Assembly: GCA_964611725.1 (NCBI GenBank)
Contig: CAZTBA010000001.1
Coordinates: forward strand, 1,117-65,116
Length of the DNA stretch: 64,000 nucleotides
From: an uncultured bacterium
Lineage (GTDB): Bacteria > Latescibacterota > CAZTBA01
Direction of reading: 5' to 3'
Below, one piece after another: positions 42,109 through 49,929 of this stretch. The notes under the pieces are model-generated. The model saw only the letters and a program-made list of their open reading frames with translations. It did not search any database and was not told the DNA's origin. The position numbers were made by a program, and so were the translations under genes. Numbering within the stretch: position 1 is the stretch's first letter; every line of letters starts with the position of its first letter.

Positions 42109-44307
42109 TTACATTAACTCCTCAATTATTGTTCTAAGAAATTCTCTCTGGAAAAGAAGGTCCCGGAAATCTTCAATTTTCTGCCTTTCAAGTGGTTTTG
42201 AATGCACCGAGCCATTTCGATACTTTTGTACTATCATATGCAATTTGTTTTGGAAACCTTTTTCAAAGAAAAGCTCAGACTTTCTATGAACAAAAACAAA
42301 CAACTTCCCATAGACTTCCCATTTTTCCCTTGATCTCTCACCTGAGGCTTGAGCAAAAGTATTGGCAAGCTCGTGAAGTGTAAGAGACTTCTCACCGGCT
42401 AAGACAAACTGACCTTTGGAGTTCTGGAGAATTTTTAGTGTGACTCCTGACTTTCTTTGTTCTTCGAAGTCTTTAATTAGTATACTCTCAATCTTATTTC
42501 TATCTCCCCTTCGACAACTGAGCCACCTGTCCACTGCCCAAACAATCTTATCGTTTAGAAAATGTTCCACAGCTTTGCTATACATTGCAGCAGCAGCAGC
42601 ATAGTCCTTAGCCTTAACGTTTTTTAGAATCTTATATAAGAATTCCCCAAAAACCAGAGTTCTACCGCTTTCTCCCATAAAGTTTAGATTATCTTCTCCA
42701 CCAACTCCTAGACTTACTATCTCCTGAGTCTTTTGATAATCTTCCTGATAGACTCTGCAAAGATCTCCAGCAATTCCCTTAACCTGCCTACTAAATCCGT
42801 CGCTTTTCTGCTGAAGATCCTCTTCAGAAGCTTTATCTGCATCCCTAACAATGAAAAGGTTCTTAAGTTCACTGATCTCAGTGAGCTTAGCGTCTATATC
42901 TTCTACCTTCTTCTCAATCCTCCCTACCCTCTTCACCAGAGAGACCAGATCTCTGGCAATCTTAGGAAGAATGAACTTTTCTAAAATCTCCAGCCTCTTC
43001 TTTCGCTCTTCTTCAAGCTCCCTTGCCAGTTTTTTTGTCTTTGCCTTTACCGCCACTTCATATAAATCTCTTAAGGGATGGAGGGTGGGGTTTAGTGTTT
43101 TAGCGGTTTCAAAGCTACTTATAACCCTTTCAAGATCTTTGGGAGGAAGCTCGCTAAGATCACGCCCGTATTCTAAGACCATTCCTACACCTGCATAGCC
43201 AACATACCAACCGCTGCGCTCTCTTGTAAGCCGCTCAAAGACAGGTAACGCCTGATCATATTGCCCATTCTTGATATGTCCAATGCCTCTCACTACATCA
43301 GCTAACATCGGGTTGTAGGACTCAATTCTGCTCTCAATATCCTCTGAGAAGTCCTTAATAATGGCCTTAGGAGCCGCTTCCGGCTGGTAACCCCTGATCT
43401 GGAGGCCAGCTTTATATTGCTCAGGATCAACATCACGTAAAGTCTTCACCACAGCCAGAAGCTGCAATGCTTCTGAATCTTCAGGTTCAACTTTGAGCAC
43501 AGAGGCAAGTAAATCCTCGGCAATCACATAGTTTCCATGATCGATGGTCTTCCTCACGTCGATAAGGCGTTCCTCAACAGGAAGGTCCCTTATCGTGAGA
43601 GCAACCTCACCAATTCTTTCACCTTCTTTTTCAATCATGAATGTATAGGAACCAAATTTCATTTCACGGAAAGTTACTCGACCATGCCGGTCGGTTCGTC
43701 CCGCGTTTTTCTTTACCTGTCCTGTCTCCTGGAACCAAACATCAACCCCTCGGACCGGCTGGTCAGTCTGGAAGTCTTTTATATAGATTCTGACTTCTAA
43801 TTCCTCCAGGGTCTTTTTACTTACCCTTACCTGAACAAGATAATCACCAAGCCTCTTTTTGACTCCTTCAAGGCCACCCGATGGAACCGGTGCTCCACGC
43901 ACCATCTCAAGCTCTTTTAATCCGCCTCCCAAGACAACTTCACCGGTAGTCTCGATTACCTTTAAAAGGCCGTCTACAATACCAATAACTATTTGAAAAG
44001 AGCTTTCTTTCTCTCTGTTGAGTGCCTGCCTAATCAATCCCATAATCTTCACGTTCTGAGCCGGTTCAACCGAAATCTCAGCTATATGACTTAGAGCTTC
44101 TTGGAGGACTTCCACCTCTCCCCTACAGTATTCACATGTTTCTATATGTGCTTCTACAAGATCCCGGTGCTTCCCCTCAAGGAAACCATCGACATATTGC
44201 CCAATCTCCTCTTCAGTAAGGCAAAATATCCCTTTCTCTGAGGACGTTTTCCTCTCAGCATATTCTCTAAGGAGCTTATCGATATCGACGTTGTCCAAGT
44301 ATTTCAC
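42109..44307 (-). CDS. cytoplasmic anti-sigma-like protein: N-terminal zf-HC2, beta-sandwich, TPR/coiled coil, C-terminal HEPN-like domain; start uncertain (44364/44307/44298)
   Basis: HIETCEYCRGE is the H-x3-C-x2-C anti-sigma zinc finger, found right after the sigma gene. VRIYIKDFQTDQPVRGVDVWF..GRTDRHGRVTF is CarboxypepD_reg-like. C-terminal QKYRNGSVHSKP has the RNxxxH motif. No TM segment seen. Confidence 0.6.
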   Translation of the reverse strand: MKYLDNVDIDKLLREYAERKTSSEKGIFCLTEEEIGQYVDGFLEGKHRDLVEAHIETCEYCRGEVEVLQEALSHIAEISVEPAQNVKIMGLIRQALNREKESSFQIVIGIVDGLLKVIETTGEVVLGGGLKELEMVRGAPVPSGGLEGVKKRLGDYLVQVRVSKKTLEELEVRIYIKDFQTDQPVRGVDVWFQETGQVKKNAGRTDRHGRVTFREMKFGSYTFMIEKEGERIGEVALTIRDLPVEERLIDVRKTIDHGNYVIAEDLLASVLKVEPEDSEALQLLAVVKTLRDVDPEQYKAGLQIRGYQPEAAPKAIIKDFSEDIESRIESYNPMLADVVRGIGHIKNGQYDQALPVFERLTRERSGWYVGYAGVGMVLEYGRDLSELPPKDLERVISSFETAKTLNPTLHPLRDLYEVAVKAKTKKLARELEEERKKRLEILEKFILPKIARDLVSLVKRVGRIEKKVEDIDAKLTEISELKNLFIVRDADKASEEDLQQKSDGFSRQVKGIAGDLCRVYQEDYQKTQEIVSLGVGGEDNLNFMGESGRTLVFGEFLYKILKNVKAKDYAAAAAMYSKAVEHFLNDKIVWAVDRWLSCRRGDRNKIESILIKDFEEQRKSGVTLKILQNSKGQFVLAGEKSLTLHELANTFAQASGERSREKWEVYGKLFVFVHRKSELFFEKGFQNKLHMIVQKYRNGSVHSKPLERQKIEDFRDLLFQREFLRTIIEELM

Positions 44308-45073
44308 CCCCTCTACCCATGATCTTCTTAAGCTGCTCTCTGGCCCGTGTAAGGTGAGAACCAACAGTTCCTACCGGTATGTTAAGCCCTAAGGCGATCT
44401 CCTTATAGCTCTTCTTCCCTTCGTAGTGGAGTTCCAATATCCTTCGCTGAAGCGGCTCTAATTTACTCATTGCTTTATGCAGGAGGTCAAATAGTCTTTC
44501 CTCTTTGCCAACATCCTCCTCAATATCGATCAAGGTCTGTTTTTCCTTCGATTCTTGCTCGTAGTCATTCATAACTCGCAATCGCCGTGCAATTTTCTTC
44601 TTTTCGTCCAGAGCAAACCACCTTGCCCTTTGGTAAAGCCAGGTCGTAAACTTGATTGTCCAGGCATATTCTCTAAGTCCTTTAAAATTATGGCTAATTA
44701 ACTTTTCAAGATAGAATTCTCCTACAATATCTTCAATAAATTCTTGACTCTGATCCTGATATATTTTCCAAACCGCTGACAAAATAAGTTTTTGGAAATG
44801 ACTTACAAATTCCTCCCAGGCTTTCTCATCTCTATTAAGGCAGCGATCGAGGATGTCCTTGATTTGAACTGCTTCCCAAAGTTCATCCTTTGCCTTTTTG
44901 TCGCCATTCCCACATCGCTCAATCGACCTTTCAACATATAAATATCCCTGATACTTCTGTAACAGAGCTTCTTTGGCCTGACAATCACCACTGAAAGTCT
45001 GATCAATAAGCTCAAAATCTCTCTCTAAAGGCAGATTCAAATTTACCCTCTCAGAAATCCAAAAGTCTGACAA
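44276..45073 (-). CDS. sigma-70 family (ECF-like) RNA polymerase sigma factor with a ~75-aa N-terminal extension; non-ATG (TTG) start in the track
   Basis: Region 2: EKAWEEFVSHFQKLILSAVWKIY...FTTWLYQRARW. Region 4: LEPLQRRILELHYEGKKSYKEIALGLNIPVGTVGSHLTRAREQLKK. Confidence 0.8.
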   Translation of the reverse strand: MSDFWISERVNLNLPLERDFELIDQTFSGDCQAKEALLQKYQGYLYVERSIERCGNGDKKAKDELWEAVQIKDILDRCLNRDEKAWEEFVSHFQKLILSAVWKIYQDQSQEFIEDIVGEFYLEKLISHNFKGLREYAWTIKFTTWLYQRARWFALDEKKKIARRLRVMNDYEQESKEKQTLIDIEEDVGKEERLFDLLHKAMSKLEPLQRRILELHYEGKKSYKEIALGLNIPVGTVGSHLTRAREQLKKIMGRGGEILGQRRYR

Positions 45074-45183
45074 AATAGAATACTATTCTACAATTCTCTC
45101 TTACTTTTATCGTTTCCCCTTTTCCAAAGACAGATCACCTATTCTAAAAGCAAAAGCGTTGATAGTCGAGTTTATTTGAGACC

Positions 45184-46905
45184 TTAATTCCCCTCACGGA
45201 ACCACTTTGTATCAGCCCACTCTCTTCTTAGCTGCTCAAAAACCTGCCTATACCTTGCTTTTATACCTGAGTCTGAGGTTAAATTCGTAAGACGAAAGAT
45301 ATATTGGGCCACAGAGTCTGCTAAAACATGTCCTGCCAATTCTCTTGTCTGGTCGATAGTAAAAGAAGAGGAAAGTTGCTTTTCAAGGGCTTTTCCTATG
45401 TGCTCTTTATCAAAAAGCTGGAGTATAAAGGCAGCACGTAAGGGCGGCCTTGTATATCCCACACAAAGTGCATCAGCAAGATAATGTATAGCCCAGGTGT
45501 TGCCGCTATTTTTCTCTGCCCAATATCGCATCTCATAGCCGTTGTGAATTGATACAAGCAGGAGAAAAGTCAAGGACTGCTCATCAATCTCTATCCCACC
45601 CTCCATAACACGGCGTGCCTGATCCAACAGATTTCCCTTATCAATCCCAGGATATTTACAACCTCTCTTTACCCAGTTATCTTTTGCTGCTATAATCTTT
45701 TTCAATGTGGACAATTGTCCAGCAGCCCTTTTCCTTCTTCGAGTAAGCGGCTTCAGGGTAAACGCAGGATCACCATAAAGCATATAAGGAGCCCAGAAGA
45801 GCTGGTCAAAACCGTAGGAATCCTGAATAGATTTCCTTGCCATTCTCAGAGAACTGCCCATGCTATTGCCTGAAAAAAGGCTCTTATAAAATTCCACAGC
45901 AAAATGTGCACTTGGTTTATCGAGTATTTTGCAGAAGGTTCCGATGTAGTGCTTCACACCTGACATTGCGAAAGCGCTGGCCAATCCAAATGACTTGGCG
46001 TCATATATAAACTGTTCCTCCCAGTTAGAATGGGTCCTCTTATAATCCTTCATAGTACCACTATCGCAGGAATTTGAGAACACAAAAAGAGGTGCTGGAG
46101 AAATATTACTGATCTCAAAACAAGGGCATATCTCCTCTACCTCTCCACCTTTCATTGACAGGACCCAACCGTTTCTTTCAGGTTCCTCTGGATCAAAGAC
46201 AGAATGGCCTATGAAGTGCACGATATGGTAATTATCACCAACCTCACAGATAAGATCAGACAAATTACGCTTGCCGCTTAAGGTTTTTACTTCAATTTGC
46301 CATTCCCCTTCCGCTGCCGCTTCTTCAAGCTCCTGTTTGATACTCTCAGCTTCGTTTCTTGCTTTACCAAGACCACCTGTGGGATCAGCAATAATGAGCA
46401 TCCTCAATTTCTGCCGGGATACCTTCTTTTCGGTTACCTTGCTCTTGACAGGTGTACCAATATATCGACCCATATTGAATTTGAGACAGAGAAACTCTTC
46501 TCCGTCAAACAGAAGTTCCCAAGGGATGTTAAGGAGATTACCAGACTCTGAACTAATCCAAAGTGAAAGATCTGTGTTTTTGCCCTTTCCAAGAAGTTCT
46601 TTCAGATGGATCGGCAAGAAATGGTTAAACATAGCTCTACCAACAGTCTTCATCTCCCCTAAAACTTCGCCTGTCTCCTGCATTAGTCCGTCCGAGGGTA
46701 AACCTCTTAAAGTTTCCTGGAGATTAAAGCTACCCATTGTTTCCGTTGCTTTCTCACAAAGTTGCCTTATAAGATCTGATCTAACCGGACAATCTGTGTC
46801 AAGAAAGGTTGTTGATGATCCCTTCTGCATTACGACAAAGTTAAGATTATCCACATCTCTTCGGGTGACAAGGATCTCCAATGACTCACGTTGCTTCTTA
46901 GACAT
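45184..46905 (-). CDS. CHAT-domain (caspase-fold) protease with unassigned N- and C-terminal domains
   Basis: LRMLIIADP...YHIVHFIGHS (catalytic His context)...LFVFSNSCDSG (catalytic Cys context)...YIGTF..WAPYMLYGDP. Confidence 0.8.
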   Translation of the reverse strand: MSKKQRESLEILVTRRDVDNLNFVVMQKGSSTTFLDTDCPVRSDLIRQLCEKATETMGSFNLQETLRGLPSDGLMQETGEVLGEMKTVGRAMFNHFLPIHLKELLGKGKNTDLSLWISSESGNLLNIPWELLFDGEEFLCLKFNMGRYIGTPVKSKVTEKKVSRQKLRMLIIADPTGGLGKARNEAESIKQELEEAAAEGEWQIEVKTLSGKRNLSDLICEVGDNYHIVHFIGHSVFDPEEPERNGWVLSMKGGEVEEICPCFEISNISPAPLFVFSNSCDSGTMKDYKRTHSNWEEQFIYDAKSFGLASAFAMSGVKHYIGTFCKILDKPSAHFAVEFYKSLFSGNSMGSSLRMARKSIQDSYGFDQLFWAPYMLYGDPAFTLKPLTRRRKRAAGQLSTLKKIIAAKDNWVKRGCKYPGIDKGNLLDQARRVMEGGIEIDEQSLTFLLLVSIHNGYEMRYWAEKNSGNTWAIHYLADALCVGYTRPPLRAAFILQLFDKEHIGKALEKQLSSSFTIDQTRELAGHVLADSVAQYIFRLTNLTSDSGIKARYRQVFEQLRREWADTKWFREGN

Positions 46906-47454
46906 AAAGCTTCACCACCAGGAGTTTAGGTTTGGACAGAACTAACGGAATTTATTTGAGATTTGGTCAGAATTCCTTCCTCAACTGTTCAATAAAGGAT
47001 TAGAATAAGGCCTCACAGCCTTTGCCTTCCTAAGTATGGAAAATTCCCATTTTCTGCTGCCAGATATAATGCGATCCAGGATAGGAGTTTGGATAATAAC
47101 GGAACAATAAACAACGTTAAGATCAATTGATAGACACTTAATTCCTATTTAACAATGATTTATATTCAATCAAGCCTTTTGACATATTTTCACGTTGAGC
47201 GAGTTTGTCGGCCCCGGGAAATTGCTTCGCAGCCAAAAATCCAGAGTTTACCCAGGCGTGAGAGTACTTTTGAGTTGACCAATGCACGTTGTGTGGCCAA
47301 AAAGGTCTTCTGTGGGAGACCTGTAAGATTGGATTCCCGTTAGTGTTGTTTTCTGTTCCAATGATTGTCACAGTCCAACTACTGCTTAGCTTCACTTTCT
47401 CAGCACCCGTGCAAAACTATCGATAGAATCAAATGGTAATTGATCATAAGACTA

Positions 47455-48543
47455 TTATCCTGTTCCACCTTCGTAGAGAGCCACAATTTCTTTCTCACTC
47501 AATGGACGACTGTATATGCGAGCGTCGTCCATAGCTCCAGTTAAAGAGGGATATGGGGCAAATGGAGGCTTTATAGCAGTGTTACCAACCAATACCATGT
47601 ACGTTGAGCTAACCTCTGGGATAATCGGTGTGGAGGTCTGTGCTTTTAAGATACCATTGATATAGATTTCTAGTTCTTTATCTCTATAAACTCCGCAGAC
47701 AAAGGTCCAAATTTCTGGTATTTCTGCATAGATCTTCGTGTGGTTATTGGATTCGTCCATTACTATGAGGCTTATCTCTCTTTTTCCCCTTCTAAAATCG
47801 AGCCTTAGGCTGTAAGGATCCCTGCCACCAAAATCCTGGCTTATTTGGCCAAGAATGGTGTATTCTGCCTCCAAGGTCGCATCACATTTCACCCAAGCAC
47901 ACAAAGTAAAGCCACTCCCAGAATAAGCCAAGCTGGCAGATCCTGGGATCGAAACGGCTTCATCTGAATTTCCTGTGAAATAAGCGGCCTGTCCTATAAC
48001 TCCTTCACCAAAACTAACATTCCCAAGAGATGTCCCATCATTTCCATTCCCAGAATAGTCTTTGAAGTCCGCATCGAAGGGCAAATACAGCACCAACCCG
48101 TCCTCCACCTTTGGTGGTGGAACAAAAACTCCTATAATCTCTGCACTACCAGTTTGCCGTGCCAATTGAATATTGACACTAACTGTATCCCCAGGGAATA
48201 CGTTGGCAGTTGCCGATCCGCTATAGGTTAGAATTTCTCCCGCATCAAATGCATTCAGTATAAACACTCGGTTCTGCCCTGTTGGAATGTCTCTTACAAT
48301 CCCCACAGCCAGTGAATCCCCCTGCATATCCAAATCTTGACGTATTGTATCCATATCTGCCGCTGTAACCAACGCTTCGACCCTCGCCAATACTGTTGTC
48401 AGAACAGCTTTCGGTATTCGGACACTAATTTTCGCTGCACCGAAGCCTTCTTGGGGTTCAACTACGCTTTTTTCACAGCCGGTGGTGACCAGAAATGCAA
48501 TCATGGCCAGCACCAACATTAAGCTATACCGTTTGCGGAGCAC
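47455..48543 (-). CDS. probable lipoprotein with a LamG/concanavalin-A-like lectin domain
   Basis: Signal/lipobox MLVLAMIAFLVTTGC. LamG_3-like LVLYLPFD..DYSGNGNDGT...GFTLCAWVK...GAMDDARIYSRPLSEKEI. Confidence 0.75.
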   Translation of the reverse strand: MLRKRYSLMLVLAMIAFLVTTGCEKSVVEPQEGFGAAKISVRIPKAVLTTVLARVEALVTAADMDTIRQDLDMQGDSLAVGIVRDIPTGQNRVFILNAFDAGEILTYSGSATANVFPGDTVSVNIQLARQTGSAEIIGVFVPPPKVEDGLVLYLPFDADFKDYSGNGNDGTSLGNVSFGEGVIGQAAYFTGNSDEAVSIPGSASLAYSGSGFTLCAWVKCDATLEAEYTILGQISQDFGGRDPYSLRLDFRRGKREISLIVMDESNNHTKIYAEIPEIWTFVCGVYRDKELEIYINGILKAQTSTPIIPEVSSTYMVLVGNTAIKPPFAPYPSLTGAMDDARIYSRPLSEKEIVALYEGGTG

Positions 48544-48795
48544 CCTCGGCCTCCTTTTCCCGAATGGCTTTATTGAATTTTGCCCTGAGTCTTCTTCGAA
48601 AATACATCTTCCAGTTCCAGAAACGCCTCTACAGCCACCAAATTTGCCCTCTGCGGGCCTTTCTTCCCAAGAGATGGGTTTTATCTCGGACTGAAAAAAT
48701 AGTGTTTTGACGTGATAGGTCTTTTTATGTCAATTTTTTTGACGATCCTTCTCAACCACATTTCACAGTTTGGCCGAGATCAGATATATATTCCA

Positions 48796-49893
48796 TCATT
48801 TGTTTTCTTCAAATGATTTTTGTATCAGAAGCTTGGCAGTTTGAAACCTCTCAAGGCTGTCAATTGCAAGCTCAACGTCCCCTACTCCCCAGTGCCCAAT
48901 TTTCGAAACATCACGGGCATATTCAGGTGGACTCTCCAAATCCAAATAATTCAACTTCAACCAAACTCGAAGTCCACTTTTTTGAATATGAACACAACAA
49001 AAAATGTCTTTACCATAGCTATATCTGATATACATAGCAAGATACTTTTTTTGAACACCAGTCGGGCCAAGCTCTCTACAAAACCTGTCAACTGTTCGAA
49101 ATAATTCCACAACTTCTTGTGGTCTCCCTTTTATATGATGTTCCTCACCGTATTCTTTGCCTCTTGCTCTACCGGGAGGTACAGACTCTACACCAGTTTC
49201 AGCACTAGGAGGAATCTCTATTTCCGATGTTTGTGCCCATAGCCTCTTTAGGGCTTTTTTCACTTGCATCGGTTTAATGCTATCATTTCCAAGAGTTGAG
49301 CGTATAAGCCTGATTAGAGTGTCCGGAGGTTCCATAAAGAGTTTGTCCAAAGCCTTTCTCACTTTTCCTGTAGTGAAAACCTGCTCCCCAATCTCGTCAA
49401 GGAGACCTTTAGCCATCGCATCACGTGAGAAACGCGCAAATTGCCCTGCAACCTGCTGGACTGACATACCCTCAGTCTCCTTTGGGTCAAGAGAAACTTC
49501 AAAAAGCAACTTATCAGGGGCCTCTGCTTTCTCAGTGCTGTGATAGACTCTGTATGTAACACCATTAGTGAGAATGCACCATTCAATACCTGCATTGGCG
49601 GCATAGCCTACTACCTGTGTGATCGATTTAACATCTGTTAGTGGATCATTTAATGGTTTGGCTTCTATGAATAGAACTGACTTACGGTTTATTTTAGGTG
49701 CATAGTCAACCGATTTTCCGTCTATCGTCGGATACTCAAGCTCAACTTCATCTGGATCCGTCAAGTCCCATCCAAGAGCTTCCAATAGTGGATCTATGAA
49801 TATTGTTCGTGTTGGATACTCCTTTAGTTCAGCTTTTCGATGCCTATCCAACTTTGCTCGAAGGATTTCAATGCATGAGATTATAGCGTCCAT
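48796..49893 (-). CDS. HsdR_N-like PD-(D/E)XK domain protein with a DUF5655-like C-terminus
   Basis: TRTIFIDPLLEALGW...VDYAPK...VLFIEAKPL is the type I restriction R N-terminal-type nuclease motif (D...EAK). Confidence 0.65.
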   Translation of the reverse strand: MDAIISCIEILRAKLDRHRKAELKEYPTRTIFIDPLLEALGWDLTDPDEVELEYPTIDGKSVDYAPKINRKSVLFIEAKPLNDPLTDVKSITQVVGYAANAGIEWCILTNGVTYRVYHSTEKAEAPDKLLFEVSLDPKETEGMSVQQVAGQFARFSRDAMAKGLLDEIGEQVFTTGKVRKALDKLFMEPPDTLIRLIRSTLGNDSIKPMQVKKALKRLWAQTSEIEIPPSAETGVESVPPGRARGKEYGEEHHIKGRPQEVVELFRTVDRFCRELGPTGVQKKYLAMYIRYSYGKDIFCCVHIQKSGLRVWLKLNYLDLESPPEYARDVSKIGHWGVGDVELAIDSLERFQTAKLLIQKSFEENK

Positions 49894-49929
49894 TTTATTA
49901 ACTCACTTCCCCCCTCTATCAGAGAGCAT

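Noticed and set aside
45076-45090. Palindrome TAGAATA-c-TATTCTA immediately upstream of the TTG start of the sigma gene
   Set aside because: It has 7-bp AT-rich arms, which are easily produced by chance. It mainly lowers confidence in the annotated start rather than supporting an operator.
46271-46945. 224-aa + ORF opposite the CHAT gene. Similar + ORFs lie opposite the R-M genes (51427..51795, 52531..52968, 54618..55025).
   Set aside because: These are antisense shadows of well-supported minus-strand genes, with no motifs.
47138-47395. 85-aa minus-strand ORF in the 550-bp gap upstream of the CHAT gene
   Set aside because: It has no ribosome-binding site and no motif, and its composition is odd. 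It could be a remnant of a secreted protein, but that is unsupported.
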